A DNA stretch of 64,000 nucleotides. It comes from Trichoplax adhaerens. Taxonomy: Eukaryota; Animalia; Placozoa. The DNA is taken from assembly GCF_000150275.1 (NCBI RefSeq), contig NW_002060957.1:1104445-1168444 (forward strand), written 5' to 3'. This document shows positions 27,195-41,474 of the stretch, in pieces; position 1 is the stretch's first letter, and every line of letters starts with the position of its first letter. The notes under the pieces were generated by a model that was given only the letters and a program-made list of their open reading frames with translations, had not been told where the DNA came from and searched no databases. The position numbers were made by a program, and so were the translations under genes.

Positions 27195-28629
27195 AAGAGT
27201 GATAATTTGATCATTTTACTGTTCTCGAGTGCTTTGTAAACAGTGATTCGATCAGCGGATGCTTTACAATAAAAGCGATGACGAGTATTGCCAAATGATC
27301 GCCATGACCACTTGCACTTTGAAGTAATTCATTCAGGCGAGAGTGTCGGGTCTAGGCGAGACTCGTTAGGTTTTATCGTTCTACAACAGCCTTGAATATG
27401 ACAGATTCGATAAGTTATCATCTATGGATAAACTCCTTCTAGAGTGATTAGCTCGACCTGTACTTTGCAAAGTCTACTAGACGAGCACTCCTTCTACCTA
27501 TCATTACTGAAGTCAGGCGAGATAGATTGATTATGCAATTGAGGCCTATTTTACGAACATGACCTCATGACTGCAAGAACTGATCAAAATATTGTCTACA
27601 GTATCGCTATTTTTCTACACCATTCAACAACGATCCCATCCATGTTACAAATAAATCAAACAGTAGATGACAGAGCTTGCAATAACAAACTCAACTTCCT
27701 TGATAGTGCATAAAGATCAAGTAAAATCCAACACCATCCCATCACTATTACTGTACTTCAATCATGAGGCCACTGAGTGAAAAGAGCGGATTCAATAAAC
27801 TGCTATTGATCCTTCATGTTAGTCATAACATGAAGGAAGAGAATTAATAAAAAAAGAGAGAAAATGCTTGATACGATACCTTTTCTGATGATGGAAAATG
27901 TGGCAATTTTCTACACTGGTCTACGCTAATCAAGGTTGTATTCCGTGGATGGCCAACAATCAGATCAAGTATGAAAAGAATTGAGGATCAATGTGTCTTG
28001 TTGTCTCCTTCAGCTTGTCGATAACCTAATGGTAAAGCGAACAAGTCCAGGGGGCAATTTATACACCTGCATTCGAGTGGAATGATTGCACAATTCTGCT
28101 TTTCACTGTGTCGACTCTATACTAAATGGTTTGCACTCCACTTCCGTTTGGGTGTCTGCAATCCATGGATGGATACCTTGACGAGGGTTATGGAATCAAT
28201 TGAGCAATCATTGGGCTGTAGTAGACTGTATATTAATGATGAATTCTACTAATGCCAGCAGTTGATTTTGACAGTTGAAAGACAGCAATGGAAAAGACAC
28301 ATTAGCAGGCAGCAGGAGGGCTTGTATAGTGCAGAGGTTAAAGTAGGCAAATTCGCATTTTGCTGGACAGTGGACAACCCCTTTTAAATCAATATTCTTT
28401 ATTGATCCTCTCGTCCTCTCTATTGTTATTCTTGCTTGACATAGCCAACAGAATTAGACGAATAGTGAGGGTTGGGCTAAAAGCTCCCCAATTCTCTTGC
28501 AATCAATATTGATGTTGATGTCCGGATGATGTAATTGAATTAGCAAGGCCATTGCAAGCTGAAGATAAACAAGCCACGACAAGGGAAGAGGGTAGTAGTC
28601 ATGCAATATAGAAAGATTGATCCAATCCA

Positions 28630-29330
28630 ATCATCATGCAGTAAAAGACTGCAATACCAGTCGATTTCTGCAAAAGATTGAGAATGCAACAGTCACGTAA
28701 TAAAAAAAAAGACTAAAACTCTGCCAGTTTCTGCAAAAGATTAGTAAAATAAGCGAAGGACTGTACTAAACAATCACGCCATGCAGAGACTGAAATAGAT
28801 TCCTTCGTAATAATCTGAAAGACTAAAATAGATTTTTCCAAAAGATTTTGGAAAGAAAAACAAATGACTTGTGGGAATACTATAGCATACAATTCTACCC
28901 CAAACAATCATGCAATGGAAAGACTAAAAATATAGTTGCAAAAAAGGGAAATGACTGCTGTAAATACTAAATACTATCCATGTACAGTAATTCTACTTTG
29001 TCCCCAATAGTTATGTCATGAAAAGATTAAAATTGCATTTCGAAAAGAAAAAAACGACTGCTATGAATACTATCCACGTTCTTCTATTCCTCCATGCAAA
29101 GCAAAGACGAAAACACGTCCATACCTCAAAAAGACTTGGAAAGGAAGAGAAGGACTGCAGTGTCTACTGTCCATATATGCCATCTCGATTGTCATACTTT
29201 GGAAAAAGACCATAATGAAATTATTAAAAATAATTTAGAAAAAGTAGGGACTGACTGCTGTGAGTACGGTCAATGGACTATTCCATCCCCTACTATCATG
29301 CTATGAAAAGACGAAAATGGATTTCTCAAC
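28630..29330. repeat. Degenerate A-rich array (aaaagactaaaa / gactgct.tgaatactat motifs)
   Basis: The motifs recur roughly every 60-110 bp. The short ORFs here appear to be repeat-derived. Confidence 0.6.
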
Positions 29331-30539
29331 AGGATCTACAGTATGCCAAGAAGATGAATCAATAAAAAGTAAAGCAACAATGACAGTCAATTACTATCCC
29401 ATACAATCACCATGTTTTGATTAATAATAATAAATCAATATGTTGTCATTCAAATGATGACTTATGCTACTTGTCATGGCCACGATTTCAGCAGGGCTGC
29501 CAGCCATCGTGTCAATCTGTATCCAATCATCTGGCTTGAATAGAAAAGGATTCTTTTGAAACGTAAATCGAATGCATGGCGATGAAATCAACATTGGGCT
29601 CGCATCACATCTGGTAGCAAAAGGGACTGCCATCTTGACTATCATGGTGTGATGGCTGATTGTTATCGTGCAAATCCATCCCCTTGTCAAATGATGATCC
29701 ATTACTCAATGATACATCCAATCATTATAATTGCATGCTTGTTGTGGAATAACTATCCAACAAAGATGCTTAACTTGGTCTACGTGATATTCAGATAATC
29801 CTACAATCGAAGCATGAATGCAGATCATTAAATCAACATAATGTTGCATCTTTGACCATGGCATTGCTTGCATGATCGATCGTCGACTACAGCGATTCAT
29901 CAATCAATGTGTTAATAACAGTCATCATTCTCCTGCATATTTTTTATTATTATTTTAATTTTTAATGGGATAATCTCAGCTAGCTTGTGTAGTCATCGAG
30001 ATTGTTATACAAGTCCTAGACAAACCCTTTTTCGTAACACTATCCTATGGTAAATGTGTCATCGATCAATAGAGTCATTCCTATTCTGTTAAAATCTGGT
30101 AAAGATGAGATAGAAGAATAGAAAATCTTTTATGCTTTATGTCATGATTGCTGCAATCATGCATTAATTCATCAATGTCATCCATTCTATGATTGACAAT
30201 AATCATCATCGCCGGCTGAATCCTAAGCTCAAGATGTGCCTAGCACCAATTCTATCCTTGATTGCTTGCATGTCTGGCGGATGGGAGAGTGGAAACGTTT
30301 TGACAAGATGAATGAGAAAGCGGAACAACACCAAATGACAAAACTTCAGCCATCAGCATCTTCTGTTACTCCTCCATCATTCAGCATCGTCATGACCACA
30401 TCCTCTCCTATTGATATCCCTATTCAAAAGCTCGTTCTCGGCCCTCTTGACAATCTACTTTTAATAGTAGGATAAGTGGAAATAAGGCTAATTATATATC
30501 AAGAAGGCTACAAAGATAGCAATCTCAATCGATGCTGCT

Positions 30540-30720
30540 CAACGCATTGGGCAGCATTGCAAAATTGCTACAGGCAGTAATAGACTAATTGAAATCGTCC
30601 GAGACAAAGGGCATTGGGGCGTGGAAAATTGGGCGGACACCACAAGAAAATCAATAATGAGTATTACTGAATAGGCTAACGGGGTGCCACACTGCCGGCG
30701 TTGTGGGCAGGCGAGTGTAG
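30540..30720. promoter_or_regulatory. GC-box/CCAAT cluster; candidate distal promoter or enhancer of the Sp gene
   Basis: GGGGCGTGG at 30616-30624 and TGGGCGGA at 30630-30637, with ATTGG (CCAAT on the minus strand) at 30546, 30613 and 30628, in otherwise AT-rich DNA. Confidence 0.45.
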
Positions 30721-30919
30721 ATTTTTCTGGAAATTGTCTTCTTTGGAGAAGGGTACAAGAGGAAGCAGGTATTTTACTTACTTTTGTAGGGAGGAAATGG
30801 ACTAGAAGAGGGGATTCAATTAGCCAACGTAAAATTAGATAAGGTTAGATAAGGACATCAGGCAAGGTTAGATAAGGACATTAGATAAGCTTCGATTAGA
30901 AGAATGCATAGATTGCTGG

Positions 30920-32590
30920 GATGAGATAGAATTGCGAAGAATGGGCTAGCATAATGAGGTGTTCAATGATGCATGTGAATGATCTTTCAGTTTACTTAGG
31001 CGTTGATCTTGGCATGTATCGTAAATATGGATCATGGCAAACTTGAATGGGTAAAATTTCAGTATACTGTAGATGAGATGGAATTGCAAAGAATGGGCTA
31101 GCATAATGGGGTGTTAAATGATGATATGTGAATGATCTTTCAGTTTACTTAGGCGTTGATCTTGGCCTATATCATAAATATGGATCATAGCAAACTTGAA
31201 TGGGTAAAATTCAGGATGGCTATCCAACAGTATCAAGAAATAATTCATGACGATGACCCTCAATACGTGTTATAATGATGAATAATTAATTAATGGATCT
31301 GAATTCTTTCAGTTTACTTAGGAGTTGATACCTAGTAAATTTTTAACATCACGGAATCATGACAGTAATATTGCTGTTATTACGAATGCGTTTGCATTCT
31401 TTCCGTTAACTTACGCATTGCTCCCGCATCGATTTTCAACATCAAGGAATCATGACGGCGATTCTTAATATGTTAATAATATTTATCTGAATTCTTGCAG
31501 TTTACTTAGGCATTGCTGCCTAATAGATTTCAACATCAGGAATCATAAAGGTGACTTATTAAAGTAGTAATTAGTCTACTTAGCAAATAAGTACGCAAAA
31601 TTATCACAAGCCGGGGTTCCACTGGTTACAATTATTTAATAATGCATCTAAATTCGTTCAGTTTACTTAGGTACTGGACCCTTGCAGACTTTCAACATTT
31701 AGGGATAATGATGGCGATCCTTAATACGTGTTAAAATAGAATTCTAACACGTATTAATGGTCCGTCTAAATTCTTTTTTCAATTGACTTAGGCATTAACG
31801 AAGCAGATTTAGATCCTGCATTAATATTGACATCAATCATGCCAGGTTAATAATCAAGGAATAATTACGGGGATCCTTAATGATGTATTTGATTTCTTTT
31901 CAATTGACTTAGGCACTGAATTAAAGCATATTTGGATCCATAGTTAATATTGATGCTAATCATACTAGATTGTAAGGACCAGGATATACCAGTGGCCTGA
32001 TATAGTGCATTATAACTATATTAACCATAATTATGCATCTAGATTCTTTTTTTCAATTTATTTAGGCGTTAATTTGACGCCAATTTGCATTTATAATTAA
32101 TATCAATCATACCGGGCTGTAATATATAAAGTTCCAGGATATGTCTGTCATTCAACAGTATCAAGAAATAATTATGGCACTCCTTAATGATGCATCTGGA
32201 CTACGTATTAATTTACTTGAAAGTTGTTCTCAAGAACATTTAAATACATGATTAGTATTAAGAAAAATTATCGCATCAGATTTAAATCCACAGTATACTC
32301 GTGAAGTCCTAGGATATGCCGTCCAACAGCAGGAGGGAAGATGTCATTGCATCGTTAATGATGCTGACGAATCATATTTTCAATTTTCTTAGGTGCAATC
32401 TTTAGCAAATCTGTATCTTTAGCTCATGAATATGAATTAAATTATAATAATCATAACAGACTGTAATCTATTAAAATTTCAAGGAGAATATTTGACAGCA
32501 CGAAGGAGCAATGGAATGTTTGTGATGCAATTAGGCCTTGTTTCAATTTACATCAGTATCAATCTTAGGCACATTTGGATCTTAATTACG
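30920..32590. repeat. Degenerate tandem array (~11 units, 120-190 bp) with core tttcagtttacttaggcgttga
   Basis: The core occurs near 30985, 31138, 31308, 31497, 31657, 31778, 31898, 32050, 32208, 32378 and 32540. The first two units are near-identical. Confidence 0.8.
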
Positions 32591-34241
32591 AAAAGTGAGT
32601 TACTGCAATTGAACGATCATAGTGGACACTGATCGATAGAGCTCCAGAAATTCGAGAACTATAATCAATAGGATAGAATGAAATCACTTATTTTATACGA
32701 GTATGTTTCGGTGAAATAACCTCGCTAGTGTTGTAATTAGTGAAATACTACTAGGTGTGTTAGAATCTAGTGACTCTAAACGATATCAAGTTATTTACTT
32801 AGGAATAAATTAATAGAAAGGACTATTATCATGAATTACAATCAATGAGAAAATTAACAGTTTAATGATAGATCGTATTATAAATTATATTAGTTGATTA
32901 GCATACTTTCTCCCTCCTCCCTTTTCAAGAATAAATTATGAAATCATTTCACGTAATCAGCATTGATCAGAACTGACGTTATGAAAATTGGAAATCTTGA
33001 CCACCTACGCAGTCATTATTAAGTGTGAGCATTAATGGAGACACTTGGCGAATTTATGTACTCAAGTCACGTAATTTTTTCAGTCCTTTCTTTCAACGGT
33101 TGGCCAAGTCTTAATCCGTCTGCATTGTATACGTGCCACATAGAAAAGTGAATATTGCATGTGCTTAAACAATAAATTTTGCTATGATTGTTTGTCATAT
33201 CGTATCCATAAACTAATAAAATCTACGCCTTACATGGCTATTAAACTATGTTTACCGTACTATCGTTGATTGCATTTGAACTAATCAAGCAAATTATAAC
33301 AAGTAATTTGTAGTTGATTTCAATTACTCCGATCCCCACACTGATCGATAGACGAATAATCGCTGGAAATAAGAGAAATAAGTTCGGGCGTTGCTGATAG
33401 AATATAATCAAGTACTTTTATTGCACTTTTGGATATTATACTGTAATGTTAGTGGATCATTCCGTGCATGTAATAAGAGTACATTTCTGATACCGTCACT
33501 GTCTATTAATGAGTTAGAGTAGTTGCGAAGAAATAAATAATGAGATAGATAAATATTTCCATTCAAAAGTAATTCATATAGCAAACCATAAACACAAGGT
33601 AATAGTAATTGTACTACTGAACCAAAGAACTAAGTTAATGATATTTCAAATTGGCATGATTTGATAACAAGTTAATTCTACAACATGCAGAGCCAACAGT
33701 ACTCACGTAAGTAGTAAGTTTAAACTAACAACGACTAATAATTTGTAATCTAACCGATAGAATTTAGTATAATAACGGAAATATAAATAAAAATTCACTA
33801 GACCACTACAATACAAACAGTGAGCAATAAATTACATACAAAGAGAAAGATTAAGGTTAACGTCATGTAACTTAAAGAGCAACACTTAAATTTCACTCAC
33901 AGCCTTTATCAGTTTCGATTAAGACCATGAAAAGCATAACAATTTAATATACGAATAGGGTGAGAATAGGATCATTGTAATAGATTATTCTGAGGAAATT
34001 AAAAATGACCCAATAGATCTATTAATAACCAACATAATACAAATCAAATACTCTTCCATCGCTAGATCACAGTTGGTAAATTGCTTGATGCAGAGTCGAT
34101 CTATACTGCAACGCCGATAATATCCCTCTCTGGTGTCGTACGAATTTTAGATATAAATGTAGCAAACGGATAATCGTACGTTACCTATGTAGGATCATTT
34201 CTACTAATGCAACCAAAGCTATTTCAATCACTGCATGAGAT

Positions 34242-37200
34242 TTAGACGCCACCTCCACTTCTGCTTATTGGAACAGCAAAACCACTCTTCTGCCTCTGCA
34301 TTTTTACAATCATTCCCAGACGACTTTCAGATACAAGGCCAGCCTCCAGAGCGCTCATTAACTAATGAAATGCAATTCAAGATAAAAAAATTAAGGCGAC
34401 AATTACCCTTGAGATAGCTAAAGTACTTTAAGACGCAATATAGGTTACGAATGACGAATCAAGTGGGTTGTCCATGTCTGTTCATTAAATTTCATAAAGT
34501 TAGCTAGAATATATTACCTTTAAGAATTCGTCTAGTTCAATCATGCTGTTATTGTCGACATCTACTTCTGATATTAAATCTCGTACTTCACTTTCGCCGA
34601 CGTCTTTACCTAATTTCTCTAACAGTTTACGCAAATCTCGCGGACTGATATGGCCATCACCATCACGATCAAAGTCCTTAAATACTCTTTTGTACGCTTC
34701 AACATCTACATTGTCCAGTGAAATATTTGATCCAATTAAATCACGCTTTAATCGGTAACCCATAGTTTTTAAGAAAGCATGAGCTTTTTCCTCTTCTTCC
34801 TGTTACCATAAATAAAATGAGTTAAGTATGTCAGCAACACACAATCTACTATTCAATCTTATACTCGTATACTATTAACCAGACATGTGATTTACGTTTC
34901 TCTAAAAGATTAATAAAACATACCTTTTGCTTTTTACGGCTCCAATTTAATTCTTTACTCATTAATTCAGAAATTCTCGGTAAAGCTGCATCGGTTGCTC
35001 GAGCATTTAGAAATGCCAAGCTAGTCCTTCTAGCAATAAAATCAACTATACTGCAGCAGTATTCGTCACGAATGGCATGCTTGATTTCAGCTTCGATGTA
35101 AGGAAATCCTTCTACTAAACGTATTCCTGTTATTGGATATCTTTTGCCAGTAAGATTAATGTGTTTAGCTACCTCAGGTGCCCGATCGCCGTACGTGTCA
35201 GCGAGATGACTTCCAACCTACGAATTAAATAGACCGGTAGTAAATTTGGTAAGTTCTTAATAGCTACACGCTATGCAACAGCGAATAAAGTACTATTGAT
35301 GAATTGAAAGTTTCATTTTTAGCAAACCTCAGGATCTAAACCGTAATCTTGGACTAGACGAATTGATAGTGTCTTTGTGTAGTTCTCTCCACCTTCCAAC
35401 ATGATATTTTCAGTAATGCAATCATTTTTAGCGCTAAGACCACATACAGTTATGGCCTTGTCTACAGTATCTTTTGCCATTGCCCTATAGGTAGTCCATT
35501 TGCCTCCAGCAATACTAATTAAATTGCTATCGCTAACTTCAATAACGTGACTCCGCGAAAGTTCCGAGGTGTTCTTGGCTTGTGGGTTTTGGACAAGTGG
35601 ACGAATTCCAGCCCATGCTGCCAGGACATCACCTCGTCTTACTGTATCACAAGTATTACGGAAAATATCATTTCTATTGCTAAGTGATATGTTAACTCTG
35701 CTATGCAGTACTATAACTGAAATTAAACTTTGCAATCTTTAATTACTGCTCTCGATAGTATGAAATACAACAGAAATAGTAAAATATACTCACCGTTAAC
35801 ATCAGGGCTTAGGTAAGTAGAGATTTCGTTGAGAATAAATTGAATGTCTTCTTCAACAGCAGCCGGATTGGATGTGACTTTACATTCTCTATCAGTTGTT
35901 CCAGCAATGGTAAAGCCTATCATAAAATTGATTGCAATAATGATAAATGTTTATACATCATATCTTAATTGACAGCAAAGGAAAAAACAAAAAATTTGTT
36001 TAGCATAATGTTTTACCTTCCCAAGGTAAGAAAAATATAACCCTTCCGTCACTAGTTTCAGGGTCTAAAAGTCCCATATCTTTAGGGCTATCAAATTAAA
36101 TAAGACATTTCATTAACATTAAGAGAGTGAAATCATTCTATCAATCTTTATATTTACTTATAAATAATATACAACATTGTATAACTAAGGTTATAACTTG
36201 GACTTTTAAGGAAGATAGTCCATGAGTACAGTTTAACTAAAAATTGTACAAAATCAGTCTTTATGTTACAATTAATAAACTTAAACATTTTTTTGCACCT
36301 GTAGTAGCCAGGCAATACAACATGCACTCCTAAACTAGGCACAACAATCTTTTCTGTAGATGGATTATCCAACTGACGAATACCGTCAGTAAACGGTCCA
36401 GTTGCATTGATAACACATTTAGCCTGGACATCCCATTCATCACCAGTTAAATTGTCCTTAACTGTTGCTCCACAAACGACTCTATTAAATGAAATTAAAA
36501 GTGCACGAGTTTGTAACTAGAGATTTTTAGGAATTATTAATATAAGAAAATGAACTAACTCTTGATCGCCTTGCTTTTTCTTTAGTAATTTCTTAACTTC
36601 AACATGATTGGCAACTGTAGCGCCATAACGAGCTGCAGTTAATGCTATGCATGTATTCATTCTGGCATCGTTATGCTGGCCTTTTGATAAATTCAGCAAA
36701 GATAGTTTTATTTAAAAGGGAATACATAACTACGCGAGTTGGTTTAGAGTTTAAGTTGAAAGTATTCAAAGTTATATAATATAGTATAGTAACAGGCCTA
36801 CTTTAATTTATACCTATATGAAACTGTAAGTTAAAATGTTAGAAAATTATATAACATACCATCATAGTATACAATGGCGCCTGCAAGATCTGAGGATTTT
36901 AACATAGGAAACTGCTTCAAAGCTTTCTGTTTGGAAAGAAAGTAGCTACTGGGCAAACGCTTTTTACCAGAAACAAAATCGTACATTTTCATTCCAGTCC
37001 AATAATACGGAATCAGATACCACCTAAAAATTAGACGCATACACTTAAGTAATCATAGACGAGTAGGTTAGAAATCGATTGATTTGCTATTTTTATCTCC
37101 TAGCAGCAGTAGCTATAGGAAACAATAGCATTAAGACCATACTTGAATACTGGTACGATAATCGGTAGCTCTCTTGTTAGATGTGGAGCCACATGAAGTA

Positions 37201-38423
37201 AATGCCATCTTTCGCTTAAAGCTTCACGAACGAGCTGGTACTAATATTGTGAGAAAATGATATATATTCAAGGTATTAAAATTTTTATAACTTTTATTGA
37301 ATAGCAATTTAGGTGCTTTAAAAGGAATTTCGAATTTGTTAGGGTTTCTAGACGAGCGTGAGAAATTGAGAATGACTAGTTTTATGCAAGGTTCAGGCAA
37401 AATCAATTACTTGGCAGAACAGGCGTTGGTTAACATGATGTAAGGCAAGTATAGTATAAACTCACCTGTTCTAAATCCAGGTGCAGAATTGCACTTTTTA
37501 AGTATCGAACACCACCATGGATTAGTTTAGTACTTCTACTGCTAGTTCCAGAGGCAAAATCTTCTCTTTCCACAACAGCGGTTTTTAGTCCTACGATCAA
37601 GATAGGGGTAAGAGATGGTTAGTACTTTACAGTAGACTGGTATCTAAGATTCTTTCTAGGCCGAAAGTTTTGTAGTGAAGTATAACCATTGCTATCGTAG
37701 TTTATGACAATACCATGCACCTATATAAACTAACAAACAGACATTACGCTATGCGTTAGCTGTTATACCTCTACTAGCACTATCAAGGGCAATTCCAGCG
37801 CCAGTTGCTCCACAACCAACAACTAAAACATCGAATTGATCATCTTTCAGAGACTGCAGCTGTTCATTTCTAAAATACAAAATTGATAAAGAGTAAATAG
37901 ATAGCTTGTAATTACAGCGATGTTATTTCCTGCCATAGAGCTGACAATAACTTTGTCATGTATGAGTCGAGAATTTTATGATGCATTATGAGCATTTTAT
38001 CACCTGAGGGGTAGAACTTTTTTGGGAGTAGGAGTTGCAGCTAGAGTCTACCAGAGAAAGATAAAAGTAGTATTTTTATAATGATGGCATGTTCAATGCT
38101 AAATATCATCTACAGAATAGCTGTCCGATCACTTCAAATATGTAAAATTGTAAAAAATAGAAACTCCATTTGCAAGAGTTTTTTCAACTAAAGTCAGACT
38201 TTGAAGAGATAGCTCTATCAGAGTTGATTGATATTTCTAGCGTTGACATAATCCGAGCGTTAAAGAAAGGAATTTTACCCTATCATTACATTCTAACTGA
38301 CTATAAACGTCCGTAGACAATGTCGTACGTATTTCTACTTGCCTTCATTCCTCTTGATTTCGAATAATATAAAGCTAGTCCTGTTGTAGTTGCTATTCCG
38401 GTGGCTGCCAATATACGAATCAT
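34242..38423 (-). CDS. GPD2: Mitochondrial FAD-dependent glycerol-3-phosphate dehydrogenase with C-terminal EF-hands; multi-exon
   Basis: The ATG at 38423 starts MIRILAATG. Conserved motifs follow: [83 protein letters not shown]-hand loops are [12 protein letters not shown] and [12 protein letters not shown]. The C-terminus PISRSGGGV* ends with TAA at 34244-34242. Confidence 0.95.
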
Positions 38424-41200
38424 CGTGGTAATCTATCCGTATAGAAATAAAATTAAATGCCTGTGATCAGAAATGAAAATGCTTGTATCAGCATTCATGA
38501 TCTCTGACGCTTTACAAAATTATCTATGAGATACCGTATCATGCTATCATGACACAAGTTGCACAGATTCCAGTATTAAATTGATTTTCAAATTGATCTA
38601 ACGTAGATCATGGATACTCGCTGTACACTAGTAGTGTATGCAATAAAAGGGAAACAAGATAACACTTTGTCTACTGATGGCCCTCAACCTAGAAAGAGAT
38701 TGGACGATACAGCTCGATGTCCTGCATTCATTCGCCTCTACTGTACATACAATAACATTCATCAATCTAATCTAATTTATGTAACTGGCAACTTATTTTG
38801 ATTTACATTATGCAAAGAACAATCCTGATATTGGTATTCTATCGTAGTTATCAACTAAGGCGATATGATAAATGATCACAGACCTTCAATTCCTGACCGA
38901 TTTGTCATCAACTACCTGGATGTGTCTTTTAGGTTGTAAATAATGCAAAACTTGATCGTTCTCGGCATTTATATAAGCTAGCTACAATACGAACATTGTA
39001 AGACGCAATAAGTGACGACTGTAAGAAAATGGAAGGCATCATCGATGTCAACCTTCTAGGTTTATTACAGTGTTTAGGACCCTTGATGCAATTGAATACC
39101 AATTATAAATTATTTCCCCATGAATTGGATTAGTAATCCATACCAGGCATATTTTCCATGCTTGCTATGTGTCAATAAAGGACCGATACGGGCTAGTGAA
39201 ATTACTGTACAGCTTGTGATAAGTAGGGAATGGTCCCAACTATTATTTTTATTGTAGCTCAACAACATGCTAATTAAAAAACATTGATGATTCCGTAAGG
39301 AAAAGTGATCAGATGGAGTCATGCAATAGAAGCTTTCACCATCCTTGCTACTTTACATAAATACAATTTTTCTATCGTGCCAATACGAGTGGATGATGAC
39401 TTTGCATCGAGGGACGCTTTTCAAGTATAGAAACGTAAAAACAATAACCTTGTATGTATCTGGTTCACTGTTGCCAAAAATCAGGATTACATTGACTTAT
39501 AAGGAAATAGCGATACAGTCAAGACTAGTGCTTTATAAGCTGTAGTACTGTCAATCCATGGTAAGTGCAGGGATAAGCCGATGATAGCGATTAGCGTCCA
39601 AGTGCTCGTTGATGCCATTCTCGGGAGTTTCTATACTCGTCAACACGCTTGTACGGTCAGTTCAGTGGAAAAAGTAATTACAGTATTGTATCTCTATCCA
39701 TATTTATTCTCCTACGATACCAAGCCTACATAATCACTGAATGTATTTAAACTATGAATGGACAAAAATTCCATCGCTACCGGCATCAATCTTTAGCGAT
39801 AGTCCTATGTGATAATGAAATTCGCTATTTTCGAAGTGCACTTGTAGGTCACGAGAAGGTGAATTCGTAGCCGTTATTAGCTAACATAAGTAGTTAGCAT
39901 TAAGACTGACCAAATCAATCCGTAAAATCATGGACTATTTTTTAAGCATTACTATGTCGCATACTTGGCACAGGGAGAAAGTAAAAATGATAGTGGGGAA
40001 TCAGAGATAGACGTCCATTTTCGAATCAAACTACTCCATCTATCTCAAGATGGAGTCATGTTGTATTGTGATCAAGTCAGCTGCGAATGTAATCTGATCG
40101 CGTGTAAAAATAATAGCACAGTATCGAGTAGAATGGTTGAAATCTAATCCAAGGGCTCGTCTATGATCACGCAAAAGTACTGTCTTTGATTGATGCTGTA
40201 TTTCTTTCTTTTTTTTAACATTCAAGCGATAGATGTCGAGCAAAGCAATAGCAAGAAGATGTCAATAAACACGGGCATTCGAGCATCAATGGTGCTGTAT
40301 GCTGTTTGAATCACTTGTCCGTGGGTATACGTTGATGATGCTATGACGTCGATTCATTTAGTTCAACGTGTCTGCAGACAACCATGAATCCTAAGGTAAA
40401 TCATTGAAGCATGGCCGGTCTTGATGTTGACTTAGAATGGAGAAATACGGATAGGAAAAGGAAAGAGGCATTCAGACCTCAGCACGTTGTACTACAGTCT
40501 AGCAATGATGCGATCATCAGCCCTTCCCTTCTTTCCTATTCATCCATAAACATGTTTCCAAGATAACAACAGTATAAGGCTATTGGCTGGTAAATTGGAT
40601 AAACAATATCGGCCAAGCTAGCACGCTTTGCAGAGGTTTACTAATCCATTTGTCAAGGTGCACCTTACCCCAGCAGTGGGTAGAAAGCTTACTGATGACT
40701 TTAGATCGTTGTCGACTTACTGTATTGTCAACTATTTCAACATGGACAAGAAAGGTTGCGTCCATGCAGGCCCATCAAGTCCCTTATCTCTTCTCTTGTC
40801 AAATCCATGATCGCGATTGGATTGATGATTCTATCATCATTTCAATCTTCTCTTTTCCTCATTGACAACTCATTCTAGGAGAAAGAATTGTTAAATTATT
40901 CATGAATCATTACCTAATGGGCGATTTCTTGTCGGTACGAAATGAAATTGGAACTAGTCAAGACGTTGTTAATGGCGGGCAAGACGATCTGCAACTCGAC
41001 GAAAACACTTGACTCAATCAGTCAAGAAGAGCAATGCGATTGAATAGGAAGTCAATTGGGAACCAGTGCAACAATAAATATGTATAATTAATAGGTAGAT
41101 TGCATTCCACCCTGTCAATCTTTCAATCAAAGCTTGTAATGATAATTTCTCCTCTTGAATCCGATGCAAGGACGAATGGAGGACAAGGAAGTCTTGGTCA

Positions 41201-41474
41201 AAGGCTTGTTGACGATGTGCCGACTAGGCTGTCCTGGCCTGCCTGACCGGTGTTGTCATCAACCGCTTGATGACGCAATGGGTAAGGTCGGCTTGACGGT
41301 GAACGTCAGCCTTGCCCATGGGTCAATCGACTAGGCCGGTGACGCCTGTTGGCGTTGTCAGTCAAATCGCTCGTGTGGCTTTCGTAACCTACAGTGTGTG
41401 GTGAAAGCGTGGCGGTGAGTGACGATCCACTGATGGTGGCGGGGTCACGCGCGCTATGACGTCATACACGTGGT
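41201..41474 (+). ncRNA. Candidate structured RNA of unknown family
   Basis: A GC-rich island with about ten nested helices found by eye. Non-Watson-Crick pairs are G-U on the plus strand. AATAAA follows at 41487-41492. No known family was recognised. Confidence 0.35.

Noticed and set aside
20687-30475. Short ORFs in the Sp upstream region as genes or transposon remnants
   Set aside because: No recognisable domains, no exon chain, and no transposase or reverse transcriptase motifs. Several overlap repeats.
34101-34184. Possible alternative last exon of GPD2 (VTYDYPF...AV*)
   Set aside because: It has an AG and an open phase-0 frame but no similarity to GPD2 termini, and the canonical last exon is already present.
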